Positions 39,766 through 49,412 of a stretch of DNA of 64,000 nucleotides are shown here, piece by piece. Source of the DNA: a virus; the IMG/VR virus record IMGVR_UViG_3300025141_013870, positions 54,249 to 118,248 of that record; one strand, written 5' to 3'. Below the pieces are notes generated by a model. That model had not been told where the DNA came from. It was given only the letters and a program-made list of their open reading frames with translations, and did not search any database. How positions within the stretch are numbered: position 1 is the stretch's first letter; the number at the start of each line of letters is the position of its first letter. The position numbers were made by a program, and so were the translations under genes.

Positions 39766-39945
39766 ATGAAAAATCCCAAGTTTAAGTTTGATAAATTTAT
39801 TGAAGATATTGATAAAAAAGAAAACGAAGGAAGGCAGAGGGTAAAGGACCACGCCGACAGAGATGAATTTCTCCCACAGCGAAGATACAATAGGCTTTAT
39901 AGGGAACATTGGCAAAATTCAACAAGATTTAGAAGTAAAAAATGA
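39766..39945 (+). CDS. 59-aa protein missed by ORF track
   Basis: SD GAGGT; MKNPKFKFDKFIEDIDKKENEGRQRVKDHADRDEFLPQRRYNRLYREHWQNSTRFRSKK; ATGA overlap with next gene. Confidence 0.7.
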   Translation: MKNPKFKFDKFIEDIDKKENEGRQRVKDHADRDEFLPQRRYNRLYREHWQNSTRFRSKK

Positions 39946-40619
39946 GTACAATAAAACTAGATACGTCAGATGATATCGTAACCTTTTTAAGGTTGCTGGC
40001 TGAGGAAAGCGTAAAAGATGCAAAAAAAACGATAGAGTCAGATCCAAAACAAGAATATTTTACTAGCAACATGAACAAAGACAACAAATTTTTTCATTCT
40101 CTTTCTGAACAGCCAGAGGCTGAGGAAGAGACTGAAGGGGAGCCTACAGAGGAAACAGAGGAGGAAGTTGAAGTTGAGGAACCGGAAGGTCCCCCAACAC
40201 TTGAAGTTTCTCTTGACAGTATATCAGATACAATCAAACAACTTAGAAGCGGTCGATCTGTAGATGATAGTAAGGTTAGAGATCAGCTTCGTACTTATTT
40301 TGATAGACTTGACGAGACTGAAAGACAGGCACTTCTTATATTTTTAAGGGCATTTTCTGGAATTTTAACTGGATCTCTACAAGGGGATGATGCTCCTGAT
40401 CCTGGAGATCCTCCATCGAGTATAACTATGGGTTCTGGCTCTGATGAAGTAGAAGAAGTCGAAGAAGAGGTTGAGGAAGAGTCTGGTGAGGAGACAGAAG
40501 AGGAAGGATTCGAAGAAGAGGAAGAAGAGGAAGAAGATACAACGCCGCCGATAAAAGCTGGTGAACCAGCTGAGCTTGCAGAAATAAGAAAGCGAGTCCG
40601 AGCGTTAATGATAAAATAG
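39942..40619 (+). CDS. Highly acidic hypothetical protein (head core/scaffold-like)
   Basis: Two poly-Glu tracts; LAEES and LSEQ motifs. Confidence 0.7.
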   Translation: MSTIKLDTSDDIVTFLRLLAEESVKDAKKTIESDPKQEYFTSNMNKDNKFFHSLSEQPEAEEETEGEPTEETEEEVEVEEPEGPPTLEVSLDSISDTIKQLRSGRSVDDSKVRDQLRTYFDRLDETERQALLIFLRAFSGILTGSLQGDDAPDPGDPPSSITMGSGSDEVEEVEEEVEEESGEETEEEGFEEEEEEEEDTTPPIKAGEPAELAEIRKRVRALMIK

Positions 40620-40622
40620 ACG

Positions 40623-40650
40623 TGTATTTTTAGTTATTTTTTGATAGAAT
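40623..40650 (+). promoter_or_regulatory. Putative TGTAWW-N16-TAnnnT promoter
   Basis: TGTATT-N16-TAGAAT, ATG 6 nt downstream. Confidence 0.5.
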
Positions 40651-40656
40651 ATATAC

Positions 40657-40917
40657 ATGGAAAAAAGAATAATAAAGCTACCAAAGGGTGGAGATCTTGA
40701 GGTCGATATGACTCCAAGGTTTTTAGATATTATCAAAGAGTATTTTGATCTCGATAGTACTGAGTCTATTACAGATGATCAAATTAGGATGTTTGTATAT
40801 GGAAGCACAAAGTCTGCTTTAGATACTGTTCCAGAGCATGGGTATGTTCCCGTACCAGGCCCTCTAGACGGTTTGGATGAGGACATAGATGCTGTTTCAG
40901 ATGAGCCTTTGAAATAG
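40657..40917 (+). CDS. Hypothetical protein
   Basis: 86-aa ORF after promoter-like motif. Confidence 0.7.
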   Translation: MEKRIIKLPKGGDLEVDMTPRFLDIIKEYFDLDSTESITDDQIRMFVYGSTKSALDTVPEHGYVPVPGPLDGLDEDIDAVSDEPLK

Positions 40918-40951
40918 AGATATCCTTTGTCATCATTTAGATTTTAAAATG

Positions 40952-40959
40952 ATATTTAT
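40952..40959 (+). promoter_or_regulatory. Putative late promoter motif
   Basis: ATATTTAT ahead of the NTase operon. Confidence 0.45.
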
Positions 40960-40974
40960 AATCAAGGATTTTAA

Positions 40975-42030
40975 ATGTTCGCCATGTCTTTATCTGAATT
41001 TCTTTTTGACAAGGATGCAGCTGTCCTTTTTGAGGGAGGGCTTAAGCTACCCGTCAACCAGAGGCATAGGCTAGCAGAGCTTACTCCTGACGTTGCAGAT
41101 CAAGCTATAAAGATATATGAGGATTTAATTAATAGGTGGAATGGATATCTTATCTCTATTGGAGAAGAACCCGTTAAAGCGCTTAGACCAACAGGTTCAG
41201 TTAGCTATTACCAGCTTGATATCTCGCAGAGCAAAGATAACGTGTATGGCGACATAGATTATCTTGTTGAGTTTCCTTTGGCAGTAGAAGGAAATGAATC
41301 TGAGATAAGGCAAGCAGATAGAAGAGCAGACAAAAAATACACAGAACTATTTATTAATTTTTTAAATACAAAGATGCCTGATATTGTAGATGTAGAAGCA
41401 ACCTTGGAGGGCAGGACACCCATGATGGTGATGATACGTCTGCCAGATAACAAGCTAGTTCAAGTTGATACTGTAAAAACATTTCCTAGATATTCATCTT
41501 GGATGGAGGGGCGCTATACGCCAGAGAGAGGATTAAAAGGATATACAACAGGAAATCTCTATAAGGCACTAGGGGACTACCTAGTAATGTCAATTGGAAC
41601 AGAAGGTGTAATAGTTAGATCAAAGATGGGTCAAAGAGTCCAGTCTAAGTTTTCACGAAGTAAAGGAGTCGAAACATCAAGCATTAGTCTTGATATAAGA
41701 AACTTTCTAAGAGATATAGCTAGATATATCATAGGATCCGATGACATAGAAGAAGACCCGCTTTTGACAAAAAATCCAGGAGTAGATCCTGTAAACGTGA
41801 AAATATCTGGAATTGCACGTGGAATCAAGGGTCTTGCAAGAACACTAGGGAAGTACGGTGTGTACGATACAGATGATATGCTAAGAGAGATTCACTCCAG
41901 CTATGTGGAAAATGTAAGAAAAAACATAGAAAATAAATTGAACAAGGGATTAGACGAGACAGCTTATCAAAAACTGTTACAGCTAAATGATCATGTGGCA
42001 GCTATAGTAAAGAAAGAGTTTGGTATTTAA
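40975..42030 (+). CDS. Pol-beta-superfamily nucleotidyltransferase
   Basis: TGSV..GDID (GS + DxD) and third Asp in LVQVD; LFEGG after short N-terminal peptide. Confidence 0.65.
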   Translation: MFAMSLSEFLFDKDAAVLFEGGLKLPVNQRHRLAELTPDVADQAIKIYEDLINRWNGYLISIGEEPVKALRPTGSVSYYQLDISQSKDNVYGDIDYLVEFPLAVEGNESEIRQADRRADKKYTELFINFLNTKMPDIVDVEATLEGRTPMMVMIRLPDNKLVQVDTVKTFPRYSSWMEGRYTPERGLKGYTTGNLYKALGDYLVMSIGTEGVIVRSKMGQRVQSKFSRSKGVETSSISLDIRNFLRDIARYIIGSDDIEEDPLLTKNPGVDPVNVKISGIARGIKGLARTLGKYGVYDTDDMLREIHSSYVENVRKNIENKLNKGLDETAYQKLLQLNDHVAAIVKKEFGI

Positions 42031-42682
42031 CGTGGATTATTTTATTTCAGATATACATTTTGGTCATAAGAACATTATAAGACTTTGTGACAGGCCGTTT
42101 AGTTCTGTTTCAGAGATGAATAGCGAGATTATTAAAAAATGGAATTCAATAGTCACAGATGCAGATAGGGTTTTTGTTGTAGGAGATGTTTTTTTGTGCC
42201 CTCTATTAGAGGTAAAGTCGTATATGAAAGAACTGAACGGGTACAAGATTCTCATAAAAGGTAACCATGATTTATCAAAATCAATGATGCTAGAGGCGGG
42301 ATTTGATGAATACCATAGGAGCTATGATTATACGATGCCAGATGGAAGAGTTGCACTTCTAAAGCATTATCCTGTTCCTGACTGCCTACTAGATATGTAT
42401 GATTTAATGATACACGGACACATACATATATCAAAGAGGCTACGAGGCAAGAAGATTAATGTGAGCTGTGATATATGGGATTTTACGCCTATAGGTGTAG
42501 ATGTTTTAAACGAGATGGATACGCGATCTATTTGCAAGGATGATTCAGAATTTGTTGAGGTATCTTTAGATGATGATAAAATGTTAACAATGAATGTAAA
42601 AATACCGATGCTTGATGTCTCAGGATTCATTGATCATATGTATAGACAAATGAATGGGAAGTGGCCGCGGAGTAGAGAATGA
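42020..42682 (+). CDS. Calcineurin-like metallophosphoesterase
   Basis: SDIHFGH, VGD, KGNHD, HYP, HGHIH; start may be GTG 42032. Confidence 0.88.
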   Translation: MVFNVDYFISDIHFGHKNIIRLCDRPFSSVSEMNSEIIKKWNSIVTDADRVFVVGDVFLCPLLEVKSYMKELNGYKILIKGNHDLSKSMMLEAGFDEYHRSYDYTMPDGRVALLKHYPVPDCLLDMYDLMIHGHIHISKRLRGKKINVSCDIWDFTPIGVDVLNEMDTRSICKDDSEFVEVSLDDDKMLTMNVKIPMLDVSGFIDHMYRQMNGKWPRSRE

Positions 42683-43482
42683 AATTAGGATTATTTGGCG
42701 GAGGATTCAAACCATTCACAACTGGTCACTTTGCTAAATTAGCAAATGCAATAAGAGATAATGATAAGGTTTATCTATTCTACGGAATTCAGGAAAGGAA
42801 GCCTCCAAAAATTGGAAAAAGAGGAAAGCCCCTAAAGTCCCAGCAAAAATTTAGACCCATAGGAGATAGTGGAAGATTCTATACGCCAGAGATATCTAGA
42901 GAAATTTTCGCCATATATGAGAGAGCAATTGAAAGAGAGCTTCCAATGGTAGAGGTTGAATCTACAATAGGCAGCACGCCTATGAGAAGAGTGTTTGAAA
43001 TTATTGAAGAGTTTGTAGAAAATCCAGAGATGTATGAGAAGGTTACAATCTACGGAGCTGGAGACACTATTAGAGAGTATCTTAGAAAGCTACCATACTT
43101 TGGAGATCTTATAGAGACTGGAAAGGTACAGCTAGGATCGATATCTCCGGAATCTGCAAATGATTATCTTGATGAAGAGAGGCTCGTGGATATAATAGGT
43201 CAAAGTGAAGAAAGTGCATTGTCATCTTTAGGTTCGTATTATCCAGACGCTTCACAAGAGGACATAGAAAGAATGCAGAGAATAAGGGGCACAGAGGTTA
43301 GGGATATTGCATCAACAAAATCAGGAATCGAAGAGGCAAAGAGATTCCTACCGCCATTTTTAAATAATGATGAGAAGCAGCAGGTGATAAATCTATTACT
43401 AGGAGAAATTTCACCTCCACAGGATCAAGCGCTATCTGAGCTTTATTTGAGAAGTTTTATAAGAGGGATTATAAGAGGTTGA
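42679..43482 (+). CDS. HxGH-superfamily (cytidylyl/adenylyltransferase-like) nucleotidyltransferase
   Basis: FGGGFKPFTTGHF; IRGTEVRD as KMSKS-equivalent loop. Confidence 0.7.
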   Translation: MKLGLFGGGFKPFTTGHFAKLANAIRDNDKVYLFYGIQERKPPKIGKRGKPLKSQQKFRPIGDSGRFYTPEISREIFAIYERAIERELPMVEVESTIGSTPMRRVFEIIEEFVENPEMYEKVTIYGAGDTIREYLRKLPYFGDLIETGKVQLGSISPESANDYLDEERLVDIIGQSEESALSSLGSYYPDASQEDIERMQRIRGTEVRDIASTKSGIEEAKRFLPPFLNNDEKQQVINLLLGEISPPQDQALSELYLRSFIRGIIRG

Positions 43483-43483
43483 T

Positions 43484-46400
43484 GTGGCTATAATTTTAAC
43501 ACCAGATATGATTGCGAGAGCATCTCATAAGTTTACTGCAAAGAAGTTTATAACAGAACAGGATGAGCCAGATCTTACAAAACATATCTGGCATTTTTAT
43601 GAAGATTTTGAGATGCCTCTCTCTGAGCTATTTGAATTAATTGATGCAGCAAAGGCGGGTGAGCTGCAAGACGTAGAGGAAAAACTAGATGGACAAAACA
43701 TAACCTTTACAGTTAGAGACGGAACTCTTCTCTTCTTTAATAAGGGCGGCAGTGGCCAGGGAAAAGATAGATCGGGAGTAATGTCTCACCCAGTCGAGAG
43801 CGTGAGAAATGCTTTTATTAAAGCATATGACGCAATTGAAGAGATAGCAATTCCTAGTGACGACCCTAGCAGGTGGCAGAACCTTTTTCAAAATGGTGCT
43901 GTGATGATTGAGAGTGCGATTCTCACGCCTGAAAATCCTAATACAATAGTATATGACACTCCTTCGATAAGATTTATCAAGACGTCTACGAGCAGTCCAG
44001 ATGTAAATTTAGCATTTTCTGAGTTTAAGTCTGTTGCAGACTCAACTGTTAATGAAGAGTTTTATATGGGACCAGTTCCCTATCTTAATCTAAAGGCATC
44101 TCTCGAAGCAACTGATCAGGAAGCGGATGACATCAAAGGAAATCTTTCACAATTAGTCTTTAGTTACGGAGTCTCTACGCAAGGGACAGTTGGAAATCTT
44201 ATTCACGCCATGGTTAGAATAAGATTAGAGAAGAGTGGCTTAGTTCCAGATTCTTTATTAGATCTAGCAGCTACACGAGTTTCGACTGGAAGAGGACCAA
44301 TAGGAAGAATGTTTCCAAAAATTGCTGGAAAAGATGCATGGGTAACATTTCAAACAGAGGTACTTAATAATAGGCAATCCTACCTTGCGGAATCTATAAT
44401 CCCTCTAGAGAGAATAATTCAAAGAGTTGGGTCCTTAGCATTTAGAAATCTTGAATTTACTCTTGAGGCAGGAAATAGAGATGATCTGATTCAGCAGGTA
44501 GCTGATACTAAAAGAGCATTTGAAGGTGGACACATACTCGCTAGCCCAAAGCAACTGGAAGGAATCAGAGTAGCTCTAGATAGGATAGGCATGTCATCAG
44601 CTGATGACATGGACAATAGATTTAGTAGAGCGACTGAAGGGATAGTCTTCCAGTGGAAGGGAAAGACAAGAAAGCTAACTGGTCTCTTTACACCTATTAA
44701 TAAGCTTAGGGGATTCTTCGCTTACGGAGAAAACAAGGCAACAATACAAGAGCCTGTCACTCCTAATGCACTACAAGAAGCTATTAGAAAAAATTTAAAT
44801 ATGCTTTTATTCGAAGGCGGTAATGCATTTAAATATCCAGACGGAACGAATGTAACAAGGCAAGAGAGAATACCACGTTCAGAGGTTGAACCAATCGTCT
44901 CAAATTTTGTGAAAGACATTCTTGAACCACTAGGAATGGATCATATAGGAGTAGGAACAACTGTGACTGATACCCCTGATGTCGGAGATGTTGATGTAGT
45001 AGTTAGTGCAAATAATTCTAGAAGCCTCTATTCTCAGTTGTCAGCTCATCCTGAATTACAGAGAGAGCTTTCTGAAGCCCCGGGTATAAATAGACTTTAT
45101 TCACTCCCCGGCGGTGCGGGAATCGCAGTATTATATAAAGTTCCATCTACAGGTGATCTGGTTCAGGTAGATGTAATGCCAAGCAAAGGTGTCGATCTTG
45201 AACATATTTCGTGGATGCTAGCAGGAGCTTCTGCAGGCGGTGCAAAGTCACGATATAAAAACATACTTCTATCATGGATAGCAAAAAACAAGAGTGAAAA
45301 AGAGTCAGCAGAGACTGGCCAGAATATTAAATACACATACGCGCGAGGGCTTTTGAAAAAGATAGACGGTATTCCAGAGCAAGGCGGTAGAGTTACTGAT
45401 CCTGATGTCTTTTTACCTATGTTAGGTATCACTGCATCAAAGGGTGCAGTAAGATCATTTGAAGGACTTGTTGATGAGATGAGAAAAGATACCTTCCTCA
45501 GTTCAATATTACCAAAATATAGAGAGTATCTTAATAATACAAGTCATCTATTAAGTCCAGACCCTAGGAGAGCAGCTGAGGCTGAGGAAGCTATGAGATA
45601 TATAGAAGGAGGATCTATGGATGAAGTATTTAGAAATATAATAAAACATCTTTTAGAAGAGGGAGAACAAATAAATTTATTTCCAGATACCGGCACACCT
45701 GATGGATCAGGAAAAGAAAGAATTGACTACAGGTGGCTTAATGACAACTCTGTAGAAGATCCATTATATGACCACGCTTCTAAAAAGCTTTATCCCGCTG
45801 GGTATGCTGCACTTCTTAAGGGCATGACAAGCGAGAGTGCTGGAAAGGAAAGGGTCGAAGGAGAGAAATTCGAGCATGGAATAATCGAATACGCCAAAGA
45901 GATCGGCGCAGGAAATATGAAACGAGTCGGAGGTCAAGGAGAGGATCTGCAAGGTGTCTCAGGCGCAGTGCAAGGTAGGTCATATGAGCTTAAAAAGACA
46001 AAGGCGTCAACGCCTAATTTAAAACTTAACTCATCATTTCCAAAACCAAAGGAAAAACACTATTATATGTTTGTGACAAATCTTCCAATGATTGATGAGA
46101 TGAAAGTTGGGATGGGGAATTTATCGCAGACAGGAAAAGATTTTGAAACATTTGAGGGAGAGCTTGATGAGTTAAATAGCTTCATTCAGGAAATAAATTA
46201 CTTTTCTAAAGCTTTAAGCGCAACTGAAAGAGAGTCTATAGTTAGACGTACTAAAGATAGACTAGAGATGTCTACAAGACAACAGACGTTGCCTCTTCCT
46301 GATCGTGAAACAAACGTTGTTACAGAGGCAGAAGCCCCTCAGCATAGTGACACAGTCGATAGATTTATTAATCTTATAGATAAAATTGGAAAGAAAAACT

Positions 46401-46909
46401 ATGATGACTACAATGAAAGTGATTCTGAAAGACTTGAAGTAATCAACAGCCTTGAGCATAATGGGAAGGTGTCTTCTGCTGCACTAAAAAGACAAATCAC
46501 AACTAAACTTGACGGATCTAAAAGTCAAACACAGCTTCAAAAAGAACTTACAAAAGTCTTTAGAAATATACTGGGCGATCTTAGATGTTGGGTAGTTCCT
46601 AGCACCGCACTAAGAGTTTCTCTTCTTGCATCTGCATTTAAGGGAGGTGACGGAAAGATATTTGACAAATCCACGGGAAACTTGTTACCCGGAGGAAAGA
46701 AACATATTGAAGAGGAGCTCAGAAATAAATTTGGAGATTTAGATTTAGCAGGCAAGCTAGCTGAGAAAATTTCTCCAGAAATTGTAAACCAAGCGCAGGG
46801 AACAGCGGTAAAGAAAAAGGAGTCTGAGTGGGACATACGATTGGGTCTGTTAAAGGTTAGGGTTAGCTTAAAAATAGAACCCCCTACTGTAAAAGGTGAT
46901 GATGATTAA
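43484..46909 (+). CDS. Multidomain protein: ligase-like adenylyltransferase + Pol-beta NTase + PD-(D/E)xK nuclease-like
   Basis: EEKLDG (K67), EGIVF (E385), KLTG; GTT..GDVD and LVQVD; GEKFE..EDL..YELKK. Confidence 0.6.
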   Translation: MAIILTPDMIARASHKFTAKKFITEQDEPDLTKHIWHFYEDFEMPLSELFELIDAAKAGELQDVEEKLDGQNITFTVRDGTLLFFNKGGSGQGKDRSGVMSHPVESVRNAFIKAYDAIEEIAIPSDDPSRWQNLFQNGAVMIESAILTPENPNTIVYDTPSIRFIKTSTSSPDVNLAFSEFKSVADSTVNEEFYMGPVPYLNLKASLEATDQEADDIKGNLSQLVFSYGVSTQGTVGNLIHAMVRIRLEKSGLVPDSLLDLAATRVSTGRGPIGRMFPKIAGKDAWVTFQTEVLNNRQSYLAESIIPLERIIQRVGSLAFRNLEFTLEAGNRDDLIQQVADTKRAFEGGHILASPKQLEGIRVALDRIGMSSADDMDNRFSRATEGIVFQWKGKTRKLTGLFTPINKLRGFFAYGENKATIQEPVTPNALQEAIRKNLNMLLFEGGNAFKYPDGTNVTRQERIPRSEVEPIVSNFVKDILEPLGMDHIGVGTTVTDTPDVGDVDVVVSANNSRSLYSQLSAHPELQRELSEAPGINRLYSLPGGAGIAVLYKVPSTGDLVQVDVMPSKGVDLEHISWMLAGASAGGAKSRYKNILLSWIAKNKSEKESAETGQNIKYTYARGLLKKIDGIPEQGGRVTDPDVFLPMLGITASKGAVRSFEGLVDEMRKDTFLSSILPKYREYLNNTSHLLSPDPRRAAEAEEAMRYIEGGSMDEVFRNIIKHLLEEGEQINLFPDTGTPDGSGKERIDYRWLNDNSVEDPLYDHASKKLYPAGYAALLKGMTSESAGKERVEGEKFEHGIIEYAKEIGAGNMKRVGGQGEDLQGVSGAVQGRSYELKKTKASTPNLKLNSSFPKPKEKHYYMFVTNLPMIDEMKVGMGNLSQTGKDFETFEGELDELNSFIQEINYFSKALSATERESIVRRTKDRLEMSTRQQTLPLPDRETNVVTEAEAPQHSDTVDRFINLIDKIGKKNYDDYNESDSERLEVINSLEHNGKVSSAALKRQITTKLDGSKSQTQLQKELTKVFRNILGDLRCWVVPSTALRVSLLASAFKGGDGKIFDKSTGNLLPGGKKHIEEELRNKFGDLDLAGKLAEKISPEIVNQAQGTAVKKKESEWDIRLGLLKVRVSLKIEPPTVKGDDD

Positions 46910-46924
46910 TCTGCTTTCTCTTTT

Positions 46925-47197
46925 GTGACAATGTCAACTGAAAAAATATTTGAACAGGTTAGGTTTGTCTCCTCTTATGTGGGTGACTGTGATGACTGGG
47001 TGACAGTTAAGAAACAGGTTATGTTAAATCTGCCGTCAGTGCTAAGAAAGAACTTCTCTACTAGAGATCCTAAAACTAAAGAGCAGTGGTTGAATGATTT
47101 TGAGAAGGAGCTGATTAATTACTATAGGGAGCTAACCGGAGTGACGCTAGTGTTAAGAACCCTTGCTCAGCGGAGAGAGATATTCGATGTCTTATAA
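46925..47197 (+). CDS. Hypothetical protein
   Basis: 90-aa ORF. Confidence 0.7.
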   Translation: MTMSTEKIFEQVRFVSSYVGDCDDWVTVKKQVMLNLPSVLRKNFSTRDPKTKEQWLNDFEKELINYYRELTGVTLVLRTLAQRREIFDVL

Positions 47198-48098
47198 TGA
47201 AGAACTTCTAAAAGAATTTATTCGAAGATCTATTGACAACAGAGTTGATGAGAGAATTAGATCTGATGCTGGAAAGGCTGCCGGAGATGTGCACATAGGT
47301 GCACCAAAGCACACAGCGTTTGGAGATAGGTGGGGATGGCACGGTACTGTTGAGAGATGTCCTGAGCGTGAGTGTGGAATACTTCACACCCTTGGTATGA
47401 CAAAAAGCACGTGGGAGTGGCCTGGAAAGATGAAGAATTTTTTCACAGCGTGGTGGGATCTTGCAACAAGCACAGGCCAAAAGTTTCTTGAAATTTTGGA
47501 GAGCACTGTGAATCCGAGCCCGGGATCTCAAAAGAACTGGGCGTTTCCACGAGTTCAAAAATTCGTAGATAAAGCAACTGGAAAAGGACCGAAAGGAAGA
47601 GCATCGTGGGGATCTTCATATGCCACTGCAAAGCCTAGATCTGGCGGAGATATTACCGGCGGGTCACTCTTTACAGGCGGCGAAGCTGGCATAAAAGAAT
47701 CTCTCAATAAACTCGATCCTCTTCTGGTGAGGTCTTTATTGTCAGAAGCTGCAGGTGACACTGAGTTTATATCGGCATTGACTGGAGATCTTGGTGACAT
47801 CGCTGCATTTGTTAATAATGTGAAAACAGGTCTGGATGTTATAGATACTGTCTCAACATGGAAGGAAAAAGTTGATACTAATGGATCTGTGACAGATCTT
47901 TCGGTTTCTAAAGAGGATCTTAAAGCTGATGATTTAGATGAGGGGCGGCTGATGCAGGAATTAATTGACGATGTTTTGTTGCCTTACATAAGAGAGATGC
48001 TAGATGAGATGCCTGCTGTTCTTTCAAAGATGGGCGTGCCAGATGATATGATGCCTGAGGTAGAACAAATGATAAGCGCTACATCTCAAAAGATTTAA
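47187..48098 (+). CDS. Hypothetical protein with LKEFIR motif (putative virion internal)
   Basis: YNEELLKEFIRRSI; LVRSLLSEA. Confidence 0.7.
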   Translation: MSYNEELLKEFIRRSIDNRVDERIRSDAGKAAGDVHIGAPKHTAFGDRWGWHGTVERCPERECGILHTLGMTKSTWEWPGKMKNFFTAWWDLATSTGQKFLEILESTVNPSPGSQKNWAFPRVQKFVDKATGKGPKGRASWGSSYATAKPRSGGDITGGSLFTGGEAGIKESLNKLDPLLVRSLLSEAAGDTEFISALTGDLGDIAAFVNNVKTGLDVIDTVSTWKEKVDTNGSVTDLSVSKEDLKADDLDEGRLMQELIDDVLLPYIREMLDEMPAVLSKMGVPDDMMPEVEQMISATSQKI

Positions 48099-48112
48099 AT
48101 GATAAACTTATC

Positions 48113-48502
48113 TTGAGTATTGTGTTATCATTAAATGATTCTAGGGAGATGCACATGTCAGATAACTGGATACCAGAAATACTATACGAAGAGGATGAAA
48201 CTGGTGGTTCATCAGCAATTCCTTTTATAATGGTGCCAGACAACGAGACAATGCCACGCTTGTTATATATTTTTGAGAGCCGAGATACTGGTGAATTTGA
48301 ACCTGGAAATGAAGGGGAAGAGCTCCCAGTCGTTCAGTGGGATCTTCATCAATATGCAGATATGGCTATTTTAAAGAGCTCTTTAGAGCCTACTGTATAT
48401 GATATTGTTCGAGACGTTCTTGGATTAGAACCACTAGTGTCAGCAGCTAAAAAGGGTAAAGAAATAACTGATTCAGTCAATAGAAGCGTAAACTCTAATT
48501 AA
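48113..48502 (+). CDS. Hypothetical protein
   Basis: Likely start ATG 48149/48155. Confidence 0.7.
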   Translation: MSIVLSLNDSREMHMSDNWIPEILYEEDETGGSSAIPFIMVPDNETMPRLLYIFESRDTGEFEPGNEGEELPVVQWDLHQYADMAILKSSLEPTVYDIVRDVLGLEPLVSAAKKGKEITDSVNRSVNSN

Positions 48503-48538
48503 TAACACTAAAACGTAAGCAGTTTCTTAATCTTGTTA

Positions 48539-48546
48539 ATAATTAA
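48539..48546 (+). promoter_or_regulatory. Putative late promoter motif
   Basis: ATAATTAA, SD GGAGG, ATG 48571. Confidence 0.4.
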
Positions 48547-48570
48547 ATTATGTGCGGAGGTTTTTAAACC

Positions 48571-49320
48571 ATGAAATTTAATGCAGATAGATTAGGTAAA
48601 TTAGCTGGTTTTCCTGTTACATCGAGAAGATCTCTCAATGAGGCTGGAAACAGAAGTCAGCGAGAAGATCCAGGTGAGCCAGATGATGTGGATTACCGCT
48701 GGGGAAAGAATCAGCTCAACGAAGAAGAAGATTTCCTTACCCTAGACACACCCATCCAGGAAGAAGACGGGTCAGAAGAGGGCGATGAGTCTGATACAGA
48801 TCCTGGCGAAGAGGACTATACCACTAAGAAGGGTAAAAAGAAGAAGACATCTGGGCAAGAACGCGGCACAAAGAAGGGTGATGAAGCAGATGTCAATGAG
48901 ACTTATGGAGAAGATTATCTCTCTCAATCACGCAGAGGCGGATCAGGCGAGATGGCAGATCCTTCTCTAGATTACACTGAGCTTGAAGAGCTTGGAACGA
49001 TGGATTGGAAAGGTGAAGGAGTTGAGGATGAAGTTGACGATGAGGAAAAAGACGAAGCTCCTGTAGAACCGCTGGATGAGATCATGCTGGAGCTTGACGA
49101 GAACATGCTCAGACGTGAGATAGTCAAGATGCGAAGACAGCGTCAGTCACGACTACAGGAATCTCGTCTTCGATCTGCTATTAGAAACGAAATACAAGGT
49201 ATTTTCTCAGAACTCGATCTTTATAAAACTGATAACAAGTGGGTATATGGAGATAAACAGCCTCGAAACAGCAGAGACGGATACGTGAGTCGGGGTTTTC
49301 CAGGTGTTGGATTTAGATAA
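48571..49320 (+). CDS. Acidic hypothetical protein (scaffold-like)
   Basis: RLGKLAG, LNEA/LNEE, LQESRLRSAIRNEI. Confidence 0.7.
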   Translation: MKFNADRLGKLAGFPVTSRRSLNEAGNRSQREDPGEPDDVDYRWGKNQLNEEEDFLTLDTPIQEEDGSEEGDESDTDPGEEDYTTKKGKKKKTSGQERGTKKGDEADVNETYGEDYLSQSRRGGSGEMADPSLDYTELEELGTMDWKGEGVEDEVDDEEKDEAPVEPLDEIMLELDENMLRREIVKMRRQRQSRLQESRLRSAIRNEIQGIFSELDLYKTDNKWVYGDKQPRNSRDGYVSRGFPGVGFR

Positions 49321-49345
49321 ACCGCCGCATTATATGCTAAATTAT

Positions 49346-49374
49346 GTGGGTCGCTTAGTCGACCCACTTTTTTT
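49346..49374 (+). terminator. Rho-independent terminator
   Basis: GTGGGTCG/CGACCCAC 8-bp stem, 6-nt loop, T7 tract. Confidence 0.88.
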
Positions 49375-49412
49375 ATAAACTTTTATCTAGTTCATATTGT
49401 ATAATCATCTGT

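Noticed and set aside
40081-40560. GAA/GAG-rich tracts as DNA repeats
   Set aside because: Explained by poly-Glu coding in an acidic protein; no exact periodic unit.
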